The notes: generated from the sequence alone by a model not told the origin. Positions 40,900 to 52,757 are shown, counted from the first letter of the stretch. The stretch is 64,000 nt of DNA from Nitrospirota bacterium (GCA_963749655.1 CAVVOB010000018.1:32001-96000); one strand, 5' to 3'. Numbers and translations: made by a program.

Positions 40900-43800
40900 A
40901 TGGAAAAGGAACAACCAATAACCGCCAAATCCGTCCATCTCTCGGCCTCGGCCGGGTCGGGAAAGACCCGCGCGCTGAGAGACCGTTATCTCGCGCTGCT
41001 CGACGAGCTCGAACGCCGGGGGCTGGGCCTCGACCAGGCCGTTGCCATCACGTTTACGGACAAAGCCGCGGCCGAGATCAAGGAGCGCGTGCTTCGCGGC
41101 CTGCCCGAATCTGTGCTGAAAAAGATCATTCGCGGCAGCCAGGACCTCCGCATCTCGACCATCCACTCCTTCTGTATGAATCTCCTGAAGCGCTATCCGC
41201 TGGAAGCGGGATTGCCTCCCGACTTCGGCGTTCTCGACGCCCGGGACCAGGTCTCGAAAGTGCAGCGGGCCATTGAGGACGCCCTCGAAGAATCGGACCG
41301 CGACCCGTCCATCATGGGTTCGCTCAGGGATTTCACCGTTGATGATCTTCTTGCATCCATCGGCTTTCTGCTCTCGATACGGAGCAGGCTCAAACGCATG
41401 GAGATCGACGCGGGCGGCCCCGACAGGCTTCTTGCGTCCCTGCACAGGGGAATGGCGGTTGAAGAAACTCTTGCCGACCTCCGGTCGCTGCTGGCCGGTC
41501 CCATCTGGAAGGACTCCTTCCGCAAAATGGAGCTCATTCTCCGGTCTCAGGTCGATCTCTACGACGAAAACAAAGGCAGGGAGCATCTTCTTCTCGCCGA
41601 CGTGACGGAGCCTGGCAAGGCCCTTAAACATGCGAGCGCTCTTGTCCCCCTCTATTTCACGGTCGAAGGGAATCCCCGCAAAAAACCTTCGATCCCGAAA
41701 AAGGCTTTTGCCGGGAAAAACCGGTCCGAGTATGAAACGGTTTTTTTCGCGGTCCAGGAACTGCTCGAACAGGTCCGTTCTTTTTCCGATCGGGCGCGCG
41801 CCGGCGCCGAGGCCGCAAGCATGCTCCGGCTCTTTCAGCGCGCCGAGGACAAATACCAGAATGCGAAGCTCCGCGAGGGGCTGGTAGACTTCGACGATCT
41901 TGAGGTTTATGCCTATCGGCTGCTCCAGGACGCTGAATCGCCCGACATTCTCTACTGGCTCGACCGGAAAATCCTTCACTTTCTGGTCGATGAGTTCCAG
42001 GATACGAGCGACATCCAGTGGGCCATCCTGAACAAGCTCACGGAGGAGCTCTTCGCGGGACAGGGGGCGTCCAGACCCATGGCCGCCACGCTCTTTGTCG
42101 TCGGAGACGAAAAACAGTCCATTTACCGCTTCCGCGAAGCGAACTACCGCCTGATCGAAGACATGCGGAAAAAAATGGAAACGAACCTTCCGCCCGGCTC
42201 GCGCGAGATCCTGACGCTCGACAAGAACTACCGTTCAGCGCGCGCTGTCGTTGACACTGTTAACAGGGTCTTCTCGACGCTCTGGGGACAGGGGTATGCA
42301 AAATCCGATGCAGAGCGGAAAGAGCACGAGGGCAGCGTGCGGTTGATTGAGCTGCTTCCCGTCGACGCGGCGACGGCGGGCGCGGGTGCATCGGAGGCCG
42401 AGGTCCTCGCTCGTGAGATCGGATCGCTCATAGCGCGGGGAACGAAGATTTATGAAAAGGCGCCACCCACGCCCGGTGACGGCTCAAAGGACAGCGACTG
42501 GACGGAGCGTACGGCGGACTACGGCGATTGCGCCGTCCTTATCCAGTCGCGGACCAAACTCAAGGAGTACGAAGCGGCCCTCCAGAACGTCAACATCCCC
42601 TACCGCGTGATCGGAGGCATAGGTTTTTACGAAGAAGACGAGGTACAGGCGCTTATGAACGTACTCTTCTTCCTCTGGAACCGCGACGACCGGTTCGCCC
42701 TTGCTGCAGCGCTCAAGTCGCCGCTCTTCGGCCTGAGCGACAGGGATTTGTTCGAACTCCACGGCGAAAATGCCGATATTACCGCCGCCCTTGCCAGGAG
42801 ACATCCCGCTGCTGCGAAGCAACTTGCCCGCTGGGGCGGACTCGCGGGATTCGCTCCCCTCGCCGTTCTCATCCATGAGATCGTGGAAGAGAGCGGCGCC
42901 TACGTGCGTTTCGGAAGAACGAAGCCGCAGGCGATTTTCAACATCGACAAGCTTCTCGACACCGCCCGTGAATTCGACCGTCGGGGCTACGCAACGCTGC
43001 AGGATTTCGTCGAGTGGGTGCGGAACATCCGTGAAACCGAGCAGCGGGAAGCCACGGCGGACATGAACCTTCCCGGCTTCCGGGGCTCGATCAGCATCCT
43101 GACGGTGCACAAGGCAAAAGGACTTGAGTTTCCCATCCTGTTCCTGCCGGGCATGAACCAGCAGCCCAAATCGCTTTTCACCGGCCCCCGCGTGGTAATC
43201 GAGGACAAGGCAGGCCGGGTCTGCATGGCGGCCAAAAGCGACGCAAGCCCGATTTACGATGAGTTGTGGGAGCGCGAGCGCGAAGAGCTTCTCAGTGAAC
43301 ATCAACGGCTCCTGTACGTGGCCATGACGCGCGCCAGGGACCACCTGGTTATGCTCGGTTCCTGGAATGACGGAAAAGCCCCGGTCAAAACCGACACGTG
43401 GCTCGAATTCCTGCACAGATCCGTCCCGATTGCAGAACAGGGAAGCAGGAGAATCGAAGACGGGGATCATCGTTTCGTCCTGCCCCGACTGGGAGGCTGG
43501 GACGTATTCCCCGCAGGGAGAAGCGAGTCCTCATCCCGCGGCTGGGGCCGGGGACAAGGCCCTTTCCCTCGATGTGACTGTGATCAGGGAGAATCTCCGG
43601 CCGATACCGCGGTCGGAAACGCCGGAGTGGAAAAGGGCTACCGATTTCATCGATTATGAGAAAGAAGGTTTGGCAGAACTCATCCAGAGCGCGCAAAAAA
43701 CCAGCGCAGTGTCCCCGCTCACACGCGGAAGCATGCTCCACCGCTGCCTTGAGATGTTGACCACCACCGGGGCTTACGACGTCGACCGCATCATGGCGGA

Positions 43801-44200
43801 ATTCCCCGATCTCCTGAAGCTGGATCCGGCAACAGTCGCCTTGCTCGTGTACGACATGAAAACCGTTCTCGATCAGGTCCTCGCCGACAGCAGTCTTGCA
43901 TGGATATTCGCTCAATCGCAGCAGGCCTATTCGGAGCTGCCCTTTCTGTACAAACGGGGCAACTCGCTCGTGAGCGGCATGATCGACCGTCTTGTCATCA
44001 GAGGGGGACAGGCGGACGTCATAGACTACAAGGCCATTCACATCACTGATGACAGCTCTCTCGCGGCCTGGATCGACCATTATCGACCCCAGATCCAGGT
44101 CTACTGCGAGGCAGTTCAGCAGCTCTTCGGACTGAGCGAAGTGAGAGGTCATCTTCTTTTCCTGGACAGTGCCCTTCTGAAACTGACAACCAAAGTATGA
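40900..44200 (+). CDS. addA: AddA-like UvrD helicase-nuclease; frameshift near 43450
   Basis: SASAGSGKT, AITFT, VDEFQDT, VGDEKQSIYRFR, TVHKAKGLEF, YVAMTRA; GMIDRL and IDYK in the second ORF. Confidence 0.9.
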
Positions 44201-44398
44201 TCAAGATCGACCCCACCGCCCTGTCCCCCCAAAAATATTGTATAGTTATTAGCAGAAGGAAAGCGGCCGCGATATCGGAGAAGCTTTCCGTCCTTATGAA
44301 GGTTTTCAGCAGTCATTGACAGGAAAGAGAATTTTCGGTATAACAAATGCCGGCAAAAAGGTACTACCATTTCATTATTATCGCGAAGGAGGGCATCC

Positions 44399-45856
44399 AT
44401 GAAGATGCAGCAGAAGCACGCAGTATCCAGGCAGTCAATCGTCGTACTCATAGCGGCACTGATCACGGCGATCTTGTCCGGAGGGGGCGTTGTCCTCGCC
44501 AAGGATAAGAGTATCTCGTCGGAATCGTCAAAATTGCTCGGCAGGTTGAGCGATGCGCTTGCCGAAGTTGCTGAAGCGGCCCGTCCTGCAGTGGTGAACA
44601 TTTCGACAACCTCGACCGTGACCACGGAAGACAATCCCATGGGGGATCTTTTCAACGATCCTTTTTTCAGAAAATTCTTCGGAGACCAGTTCGGTCACCC
44701 GGGTGCAGAAGCACAAATACAAATCGTCGGCTTGGGTTCCGGCGTGATCGTCTCCGAGAACGGCTACATCCTGACGAACAACCACGTGGTCAAAGGCGCC
44801 GATGAGATCAAGGTCGTTCTCTTCGACAAGCGGGAGTTCACGGGAAAGGTCGTGGGCACCGATTCGAGGACCGATCTCGCCGTCATCAAGATCAACGCCA
44901 AGGACCTTCCGACGATCAGATTCGGCGATTCGGCCAAACTGAAGATCGGCGATATCGTGCTGGCCATCGGCAACCCGTTCGGGCTCAACCAGACCATTAC
45001 CATGGGCATCGTGAGCGCTGTGGGACGATCGAACATCGGCCTCGCTGATTTCGAAGATTTCATCCAGACCGATGCGGCAATCAACCCCGGCAACTCGGGC
45101 GGCGCACTGGTGAACAGCAACGGGGAGTTCGTCGGCATCAATACGGCGATCTTCTCGACCAGCGGCGGTTACATGGGGATCGGATTCGCCATCCCTTCCG
45201 ATATGGCCAAAACCGTGATGGACAGCATCATCAAGCACGGCAAAGTGATTCGCGGATGGATGGGCGTGAGCATCCAGAACGTGACCCCGGAGCTCGCAAA
45301 ATCACTGGGCTTCAAGCAGACCGAAGGAGCGCTGATCGCCGGCGTGGAAAATGGAAGTCCCGCTGAAAAGGCGGGCCTCAAGCGGGGCGACCTCGTGACC
45401 GCCCTGAACGGCAAGAAGGTCGAGGATTCGACAAACCTCCGGAACATGGTCGCTGCGTCGGCGCCGGGCACGAAGATCGAGGTAACGATCATCCGTGACG
45501 GCAAGGAAAAAACGATCTCCTTGACGCTCGGCGAGTACAAGGAGAAAAAAGTCGTTAAAAAGACGGAGTACAGCAACGTCCTGAAGGGACTTACGATCCA
45601 GGAGCTTACTCCGAGCGTGCGCGACAAGATGAATCTTCCCGAGGATCTGAACGGCGTCGTCATCACCGGCAGCGACTCCGACAGTCCGGCACAGGGCCTG
45701 CTGCAGCCGGGCGACGTGATCCAGGAAGTGAACAAACAGGCGATTCAAAGCGCCCAGGACTACGAAGAGACCGTTTCCAAGATCGGGGAAAACGACACGG
45801 TCCTGCTGTTGATCTACCGCGACGGAGGATCGATCTACCTTACGATCAAGCCCTGA
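44399..45856 (+). CDS. degP: DegP/Do-family serine protease with two PDZ domains
   Basis: LTNNHVV, DLAVIK, IQTDAAINPGNSGG. Confidence 0.93.
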   Translation: MKMQQKHAVSRQSIVVLIAALITAILSGGGVVLAKDKSISSESSKLLGRLSDALAEVAEAARPAVVNISTTSTVTTEDNPMGDLFNDPFFRKFFGDQFGHPGAEAQIQIVGLGSGVIVSENGYILTNNHVVKGADEIKVVLFDKREFTGKVVGTDSRTDLAVIKINAKDLPTIRFGDSAKLKIGDIVLAIGNPFGLNQTITMGIVSAVGRSNIGLADFEDFIQTDAAINPGNSGGALVNSNGEFVGINTAIFSTSGGYMGIGFAIPSDMAKTVMDSIIKHGKVIRGWMGVSIQNVTPELAKSLGFKQTEGALIAGVENGSPAEKAGLKRGDLVTALNGKKVEDSTNLRNMVAASAPGTKIEVTIIRDGKEKTISLTLGEYKEKKVVKKTEYSNVLKGLTIQELTPSVRDKMNLPEDLNGVVITGSDSDSPAQGLLQPGDVIQEVNKQAIQSAQDYEETVSKIGENDTVLLLIYRDGGSIYLTIKP

Positions 45857-45877
45857 ACGCGGAAAGGGGTGATCAGA

Positions 45878-46135
45878 ATGCGATTACGTATATCTCCTGA
45901 CATGGACTTCTATCTCGATATGGATCTGCAGGGAGTGACAGAACGAACCCGTGACCAGGACATTCAGGAATTCGAGCATGTGGTCCACGAGGAATTCGTG
46001 AACAGGCTCAAGAAAGCCTTCCCCGAGGGCGACTTCCGCTGTACACCTTCGAATTCAACGTTGCGCGGGAATCGAATCCCAAGGCCGCATAGCGTCGAGA
46101 GGAGGTTCTGCACCATTGAACGTGAAACGTCCTGA
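45878..46135 (+). CDS. small hypothetical protein
   Basis: ORF after a GGGG RBS; the 3' end may be frameshifted. Confidence 0.45.
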   Translation: MRLRISPDMDFYLDMDLQGVTERTRDQDIQEFEHVVHEEFVNRLKKAFPEGDFRCTPSNSTLRGNRIPRPHSVERRFCTIERETS

Positions 46136-46167
46136 GGTTCAGTCCGGCCTCTGGCGCTCTGAAACAG

Positions 46168-46204
46168 AAATTCCCCGCAGCGCACTGTTGCGGGGAATTT
46201 TTTT
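46168..46204 (+). terminator. intrinsic terminator
   Basis: AAATTCCCCGCAG...TTGCGGGGAATTT-TTTT. Confidence 0.8.
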
Positions 46205-46336
46205 CGGTCGTTCCCTGCCTGGTTTTTTAGATGACCGCGCTGCACTCCCCTCGCACCGCTTCCGCAAACAGCCGCAGACAACGCGTCTTATTTGACTCCT
46301 CGCGGAAACATGCTACAATTCATGGAGGAGAAAATA

Positions 46337-47716
46337 ATGAAAGAATACGACGTCATCATCGTCGGATCAGGCAGCGGCGCGAACCTCATCGAAGATGCCT
46401 TGTCCCACAACAAAACCGTTGCGCTCGTGGACAAGGGTCCGGTGGGAGGCACCTGCCTGAACGTCGGCTGCATCCCCACGAAGCTGATCGTCTATCCTGC
46501 GGACCGCATCATGGAGATCCGCGAATCGAAGAAGCTGGGGATCACCGCGGAGGTCACGGGCATAGATTTTTCCGCGATCATGGAACGGATGAGGATGTCG
46601 GTCAAAAGCAGCCATGATCGCATCCAGGAAGCCCTGGACAACGCCGAGGACTTCGACTTCTATTTCGGTGAGGCGCACTTTACCGGAGATTACACTCTCT
46701 CGGTGAACGACAAGACCATCAAGGGCAAAATGATTTTCCTCGTGTCAGGCGCCCGGCCGCGCATTCCCTCGATCAAAGGCATTGAGAGCATCGAATACCT
46801 CACGAATGAGACGGCGTTGCAACTCACAAAGAAGCCGGAAAGCATGGTCATCATCGGCGGCGGATACATCGCCGTGGAGTTCGCCCATTTTTTCGAAGCA
46901 GTCGGGACCCGGGTGACGATCATCCAGCGCAACACCCGCCTGGTCCCCGAAGAGGAACCGGAAATATCGAGCCTGCTCCAAACCGCGCTTGCCCGTCGCA
47001 TGACTATCCACGCCAATACCGAAGCTGTGGACGTACGGCAGACAGGCAAGGTCACCACCGTCACGGCAAGGGAGCTCCACAGCGGCCGGCAGATCGAGGT
47101 CACGGCAGAGCAGATCCTGATCGCTGCGGGCAGGAAGTCCAACGCCGATGTGCTCATGGTGAAAAATTCAGGGATCAAAACTGATGAACGGGGATATATT
47201 TCCGTTGACGATTACTTCGAGACATCAAAGAAGGGCATATGGGCATTCGGGGACGCTATCGGCAAGAAGATGTTCCGCCACGCAGCGAACCATGAAGCGG
47301 AGCTGGTGTGGCACAACGCTGTCCATGGGAAAAAAGAACGGATGAACTATCTGACCGTGCCCCATGCCGTATTCTCATGGCCCGAGATCGCCTCGGTGGG
47401 CCTCACCGAGGAACAGGCCGTCAAGGTCATCGGCAGGGAGCATCTCTTGGTCGGTAGGGCACAGTACACAGACGTGGCCCGCGGGGAAGCGATGATCGAG
47501 AGGGAGGGATTTGCCAAGGCGATCGTGCACCGCAAAACCGGAAAGATCATCGGTTACCACATCATCGGGCCCCAGGCGTCCATCCTGATCCAGGAGGTCG
47601 TGAATGCCATGGCTGCTGACGGAAATCTCTGGTCCGTGGCAAAGGGCATTCATATCCATCCGGCACTGTCCGAAGTCGTGCTGAAACCCTTTGCAAAGCT
47701 CAAGGAGCCGGGTTAA
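46337..47716 (+). CDS. class-I pyridine nucleotide-disulfide oxidoreductase (Lpd/mycothione-reductase-like)
   Basis: GSGSG, GGTCLNVGCIPTK, GGGYIAVE, HIHPALSE. Confidence 0.9.
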   Translation: MKEYDVIIVGSGSGANLIEDALSHNKTVALVDKGPVGGTCLNVGCIPTKLIVYPADRIMEIRESKKLGITAEVTGIDFSAIMERMRMSVKSSHDRIQEALDNAEDFDFYFGEAHFTGDYTLSVNDKTIKGKMIFLVSGARPRIPSIKGIESIEYLTNETALQLTKKPESMVIIGGGYIAVEFAHFFEAVGTRVTIIQRNTRLVPEEEPEISSLLQTALARRMTIHANTEAVDVRQTGKVTTVTARELHSGRQIEVTAEQILIAAGRKSNADVLMVKNSGIKTDERGYISVDDYFETSKKGIWAFGDAIGKKMFRHAANHEAELVWHNAVHGKKERMNYLTVPHAVFSWPEIASVGLTEEQAVKVIGREHLLVGRAQYTDVARGEAMIEREGFAKAIVHRKTGKIIGYHIIGPQASILIQEVVNAMAADGNLWSVAKGIHIHPALSEVVLKPFAKLKEPG

Positions 47717-48543
47717 AAAATAACGCCGACATTCAGCCCGACCAGCTCCAGCGACGATTTCGGTTGATAATAGTAGAAATTCTGCGATCCCTGTACGTTG
47801 TCGGAGCGGGGAAAACGAAAGTCCTCATAGAACAAACCCGCACGAAGCCGCCGGTACTTTACCCCGATCTCAGCGAAATAGGAAACCTGCTTGCCGGGTT
47901 CCAGTGATACGTTTGATCCTGCTCCGATATCGCTCAGGTACACGTAATTTTCATTATAGAGTGGAATTTTTGCTCCTGCCTCACCATAGAAACGCATAAT
48001 CGCTGATTGTCTTATTGTCGTCCTCATGCCAAGGAGAACGTGTACCGTTCTCCACCGTTCCGTATATCCTTGCACCGCGCCTCCGGTTGCGGTAACTCCG
48101 TTGTTGATGTCCCGTTGCCAGGCTCGAATGCCGAGGCCGGTAAACGGTTCGATCAACCATGGGTCCGTCAGGTTCCTTTCGACGCCGAGCTCGCCCCTGA
48201 CATCGATTCCTAAATAATCCGTCGTGGTTGTTACCGGAACGCCGGACTGGGTTTGGCCGTCATAGTCTATCCTTCCGCGGAATAGTTCCGTCCTCTGCCG
48301 GAATATTATTTGACTCTCGAATTTTGTATCGCATGAAAATCCGATACCGGGCACCCAACCCGACTCTTCGAGCAAACGCTCATTATTGGGCCCGAACTCC
48401 TTCCACAGCCAGTGGGAGGCCGTACCGTACACATCGAGTTCCCCTGCAACGGCCTGCCGGGCATATACACTCGAAAATACAACGAACGCCGTAAGGGCAA
48501 GCACTATTATTTTTCGTCCACCGATCAGGTGTACTGTTTTCAT
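47713..48543 (-). CDS. outer-membrane beta-barrel protein
   Basis: Signal peptide, alternating beta strands, C-terminal GLNVGVIF. Confidence 0.75.
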   Translation of the reverse strand: MKTVHLIGGRKIIVLALTAFVVFSSVYARQAVAGELDVYGTASHWLWKEFGPNNERLLEESGWVPGIGFSCDTKFESQIIFRQRTELFRGRIDYDGQTQSGVPVTTTTDYLGIDVRGELGVERNLTDPWLIEPFTGLGIRAWQRDINNGVTATGGAVQGYTERWRTVHVLLGMRTTIRQSAIMRFYGEAGAKIPLYNENYVYLSDIGAGSNVSLEPGKQVSYFAEIGVKYRRLRAGLFYEDFRFPRSDNVQGSQNFYYYQPKSSLELVGLNVGVIF

Positions 48544-48626
48544 AGGAGATACTCCCTTTTCCGCGACGACATCTGCCTTTCAGGCACTGCCCGCAGCCCG
48601 TTCATGTGTTTCCTTGCGAGCATAGT

Positions 48627-50024
48627 TCACTTTCCCGGTTTCGGTACATGTATCGCGGTCCCATGGACGTCCTCTGCCGCCTCCATGATCGCCTCTGAAA
48701 GCGTAGGATGAGCATGGATAAGGCTTCCCAGCTCTTTTGCCGTGGTCCCCGCCCGGACGGCCAGCGCGCCTTCATGGATCATGTCCGTTGCATGGGCGCC
48801 GCAGATGTGCACGCCGAGCACCTTGTCGGTCGCTTCATCCGCAACGATCTTTACCATGCCCGTGATGGCCCCCATGGCGTGCGCTTTCCCGAGCGCACGG
48901 TACTGGAACCGCCCCACGCGGTACTTGATGCCCTGCTTGACGACCTCATGCTCCCGGAGTCCTACACTGCCGATCTCGGGCATCGTAAAAATGCCCGAGG
49001 GCACGGCGGAATAATCCATGACCGCAGCTCCGCCGAGAGCGTTTTCAACGGCAACAAGACCCTGGTGCGAAGCCACATGGGCAAGCAGGATCTTGCCGGT
49101 TACATCGCCGATGGCGAATACACCGGGGACGCCGGTCTCCATTTTCTCGTTGACGATTATCTCTCCCCGTTTGCCCCGTTCAACACCCACATCGTCACAG
49201 CCGAGATTCTCCGAGTTCAGACTGCGGCCTATGGACACCAGGATCCTTTCGGACCTGATCTCCTGCCCGTTCGAAAGCCGCGCGATCATCATCCCATCGT
49301 CCTTCTCTACCTTCTCGACCTTTACGTTCGCAATAAGCTTGATCTTCGCTTTTTTCAGCTCCCGCTCCAGAAGTTCCGACATTTCCTCGTCCTCGGTCGA
49401 GATGGCGCGGGGCAGCATTTCCACCATCGTTACCTCGCATCCGAAAGACCGGTAGATGAAAGCGAATTCGCACCCGATCACTCCGGCGCCGACGATCAGC
49501 AGGCTCTTGGGGATGGACTCGAGCCGGACCGCCTCATCGCTCGTGAACACGCTCTCGCCGTCAAAAGGGAAGCCCGGCAGTATGGCCGGCCGTGAGCCCG
49601 TCGCGATGATGATCCTGTCGGATTTGACGTCCATGGTCGTGCCGTCCTTCTGCACGACGCGGACGATGTCCGGAGCAAGCAGTGAGCCGCGGCCGGGGAT
49701 CAGGCTGACATTCCAGCTCTTGAATAGATTCAGGATGCCTTTGACCTGCGTGGCAACGACTTTATCCTTGCGCTCGCGGATTTTGGCAAGATTGAAGGCC
49801 GTTGTGCCGGGGACCTCTATGCCGAAATCCCCTGCACGCCGCACCGATTCGAGAACCTCTGCAGAAGCGATAAGGGTTTTCGTAGGGATACAGCCCACAT
49901 TCAGGCACGTGCCCCCCACTTCCGCGTTTTCCACAATAGTGACCAGCGCTCCCTTTTGGGACGCCCGGATCGCGGCGACATACCCGCCCGGCCCCGCACC
50001 GATGATCGTCAATTTGATAGCCAT
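48627..50024 (-). CDS. lpdA: dihydrolipoyl dehydrogenase
   Basis: GAGPGGYVAAIRA, GGTCLNVGCIPTK, LAHVAS, HAHPTLSE. Confidence 0.95.
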   Translation of the reverse strand: MAIKLTIIGAGPGGYVAAIRASQKGALVTIVENAEVGGTCLNVGCIPTKTLIASAEVLESVRRAGDFGIEVPGTTAFNLAKIRERKDKVVATQVKGILNLFKSWNVSLIPGRGSLLAPDIVRVVQKDGTTMDVKSDRIIIATGSRPAILPGFPFDGESVFTSDEAVRLESIPKSLLIVGAGVIGCEFAFIYRSFGCEVTMVEMLPRAISTEDEEMSELLERELKKAKIKLIANVKVEKVEKDDGMMIARLSNGQEIRSERILVSIGRSLNSENLGCDDVGVERGKRGEIIVNEKMETGVPGVFAIGDVTGKILLAHVASHQGLVAVENALGGAAVMDYSAVPSGIFTMPEIGSVGLREHEVVKQGIKYRVGRFQYRALGKAHAMGAITGMVKIVADEATDKVLGVHICGAHATDMIHEGALAVRAGTTAKELGSLIHAHPTLSEAIMEAAEDVHGTAIHVPKPGK

Positions 50025-50172
50025 GTCCTGCTCCTCTTTCTGGTGAGTGGATAACCGCTGCTGCCCGCCCGTTGACGGCAAACAACGGTTTCGGAAATGT
50101 CCGGAGTGTTCCATGCCGGCCGGGTATAATCAGAGCCGCGCTTCCCGGTGATGCGATCGGGAAAATAGCGCG

Positions 50173-50200
50173 AAAAAAAGGGAGAGTATTCACTCTCCCT
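50173..50200 (-). terminator. terminator after gcvH
   Basis: AGGGAGAGT-loop-ACTCTCCCT-TTTTTT. Confidence 0.8.
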
Positions 50201-50236
50201 GTCATAATGCGTTCATTAGTGTTCGACGATCGAGGG

Positions 50237-50626
50237 CTATTTCCCCTCCTCTTCCTTCAGGAACTTTTCGTACTCGGCCTTGCTCATAAGGTCGTTCAGC
50301 TCCGAGGCATCGCTCATGTCGAGCACGACAAGCCATCCGTTGCCGTAGGGGTCTTCATTGATGATCTCCGGAGAATCGGCGAGGTCCTCATTCACCTCGA
50401 CGACCATGCCTGAAACGGGGCTGACAACCGGAGAAGTGGCTTTCGTGGATTCTATTTCCGAAAGCTCTGAATCCGCGTCGATCTCCGTGTCGGCTTCGGG
50501 AAGATCGACATAGACGATGTCGCCCATCTGCTGCTGCGCATAGTCCGTGATGCCGACGGTTGCCCGCTTCCCTTCCGCCCGCACCCAGGCATGTTCTCTA
50601 TGGTATTTGATGTCGTCGGGATTCAT
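50237..50626 (-). CDS. gcvH: glycine cleavage H protein
   Basis: VGITDYAQ, IESTKA lipoyl-Lys, INEDPYGNGW. Confidence 0.95.
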   Translation of the reverse strand: MNPDDIKYHREHAWVRAEGKRATVGITDYAQQQMGDIVYVDLPEADTEIDADSELSEIESTKATSPVVSPVSGMVVEVNEDLADSPEIINEDPYGNGWLVVLDMSDASELNDLMSKAEYEKFLKEEEGK

Positions 50627-50840
50627 TTACTACCTCCAAAAATACACAACGTGACAGTGAGTCTGTTTTTAGCCCATGCGCGGTTTTTTGTCAAGCAAAA
50701 AAAAGACAGAATCATGTTTCTGACCTCTATTGTCGGACCTTGGAGCAGTCTCCAAAACTTTGTTTGAGCTATTATAGCATGATTTGTCAAGAGGGGTGAT
50801 GACCGGCGTCTCACGGGTGCGCCAGTCGCTTGTGCGGGAT

Positions 50841-50872
50841 AAAAAAAGGGATGCGCGTCAGCGCATCCCTTT
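50841..50872 (-). terminator. terminator after rnfB
   Basis: AAAGGGATGCGC-loop-GCGCATCCCTTT-TTTT. Confidence 0.85.
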
Positions 50873-50898
50873 GCCGGGTTCATTTCAAAGATGATCGA

Positions 50899-52062
50899 TT
50901 ATACTGCGACGGGTTCCTTTGCCGCTCCCGCGCGTTTTGCTGTTGCAGACGGTGCGGCTTCCACCATCGTGATGGCTTTCTTGGGGCACCGGCTTTCGCA
51001 CATCCTGCAGCCGATGCACTTGCTCTGGTCGACAACATGAAGCACACGAATATCGCCGGATATCGCATTGACGGGACAGACCTTGGCACAGACGTCGATG
51101 CCTGCGCACTTTGCAGGATCGATGAAAGCCTTCGGCCTCACGGGGATATAGTCGTGGATCGCATTGGTGGGGCACTTCTTCGTGCACAGGCCGCATACGA
51201 TGCACTTGCTGTGATCGATGCGTGCGAGATTATTGTCGATCTTGATGGCATCGACCGGGCAGGTCCTGACACAGATGCCGCAGGCAATGCAGCCTACCTG
51301 GCATTTTTTCTTTACATCGATACCCTTGTCCCTGCTGTGGCAGCTGATCACGACTGCCTTCGAGGCCTGGGCCAGTTCGATCACTTGCTTGGGGCAGGCC
51401 GCGACGCACTTCCCGCAGGCCGTGCATTTTTCCTGATTGATAAGCGGCAAATTGTCTGCGCTCATGGTAATCGCGCCAAAGGGACAGGCGCGCATGCAGG
51501 TGCCGTAACCCATGCATCCGAATTCGCAGGATTTGTCGCCGCCGGCCGCAAGCACCGCTGCCGTGCAGTCCTGCACGCCGGTATAAATGAACTTCCGCTG
51601 GCTGAGCGACTTCCCGCCCTGACAGAAGACGCGGGCGATCTTGGGATCCAGCTTCTCGGCCTTCTTCCCGGTGATTGTGGCGATCTTCTCGGCAACGGGA
51701 GCTTTGCCGGGCGCGCACATGCTGGCTGCGACGTCGGGATTGCCTACGACCGCCTCGGCATATCCCATGCAGCCCGCAAAACCGCAGGCGCCGCAGTTCG
51801 CTCCGGGCAGAGTCTCGCGCACCTGTTCCACCTTCGGGTCGACCTTTACCACGAACCGCGCTGCAACGATGGCGAGCGCGATGCCGAAAATGACGCCCAG
51901 CACGGCCAGGACGACGAGGCCGGACACGACGAGTTGGGACGGAACGAACTCCAAAGCCTCGGCCGATTCGCCGACACCGACGAGGGGCACTAATTTGTTG
52001 GCAAAGATGTTCAGGGCATGGGAGAGTGTGTGTACCAGGATAGAGATCAGTTGTTCATACAT
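50899..52062 (-). CDS. rnfB: Rnf subunit B (polyferredoxin form)
   Basis: LPGANCGACGFAGC plus six ferredoxin-type Cys motifs. Confidence 0.93.
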   Translation of the reverse strand: MYEQLISILVHTLSHALNIFANKLVPLVGVGESAEALEFVPSQLVVSGLVVLAVLGVIFGIALAIVAARFVVKVDPKVEQVRETLPGANCGACGFAGCMGYAEAVVGNPDVAASMCAPGKAPVAEKIATITGKKAEKLDPKIARVFCQGGKSLSQRKFIYTGVQDCTAAVLAAGGDKSCEFGCMGYGTCMRACPFGAITMSADNLPLINQEKCTACGKCVAACPKQVIELAQASKAVVISCHSRDKGIDVKKKCQVGCIACGICVRTCPVDAIKIDNNLARIDHSKCIVCGLCTKKCPTNAIHDYIPVRPKAFIDPAKCAGIDVCAKVCPVNAISGDIRVLHVVDQSKCIGCRMCESRCPKKAITMVEAAPSATAKRAGAAKEPVAV

Positions 52063-52172
52063 GGGTTTGTACCTTCAGAAAATTTATTTTTGGAACCACC
52101 TAACGACCCGGCCATGAGGCTCTTTCATTCCCGTGGAGATCAGTCCCGACCTCGTCGGGAACCTCGCATTCG

Positions 52173-52757
52173 TTACAGCGTTATCATTCCCGAGAATCCC
52201 AGGAACGCCAGCGCGATCAATCCTGTCAGGACAAAGGATATCGGAAGCCCCTGGAAGGACTTCGGCACGTCGGCCAGCTCCAGCTTCTCGCGGATGCTCG
52301 CCATGATGATCAGCGCAAGGCTGAAGCCCAGCCCCGACCCCACGGCAAGCGCCATGCTTTCAAAGAGGCTGTAGTTTTCCTCGGCATTGATGATGGGAAC
52401 AGCCAGGATGATGCAGTTCGTGACGATCAGCGCGAGGTAAATGCCGAGCTTGTAGTACAGCGCGGGAGCCACTTTCTTCATGATCGTATCCGCCGCCTGC
52501 ACGAACGCGGCGACAACTCCGATGAAGATGACGATCTTCAGGAATCCCAGCTGATAGGGAACCATCACGTAGGTGTAAATCAGCCAGTTCAGGACCGCGC
52601 CGATCAGCATTACCGCCGTGAAGGTAAAGCTCATGCCGACCGCCGTTTCCATCCTTTTCGTCACGCCGAAAAAGATGCACAGCCCGAGGTAGCGCGAAAA
52701 TACGAAGTTATTAATGAGCGCCGATGCGATAAAGATTGTCAGAACATGCTGCCACAT
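52173..52757 (-). CDS. rnfA: Rnf subunit A
   Basis: NNFVFSRYLGLC, LIVTNC, IRE. Confidence 0.93.
   Translation of the reverse strand: MWQHVLTIFIASALINNFVFSRYLGLCIFFGVTKRMETAVGMSFTFTAVMLIGAVLNWLIYTYVMVPYQLGFLKIVIFIGVVAAFVQAADTIMKKVAPALYYKLGIYLALIVTNCIILAVPIINAEENYSLFESMALAVGSGLGFSLALIIMASIREKLELADVPKSFQGLPISFVLTGLIALAFLGFSGMITL

Noticed and set aside
50627-50840. Glycine riboswitch before gcvH
   Set aside because: No GGAGA...CCGAAG...CTCTCAGG aptamer pattern.
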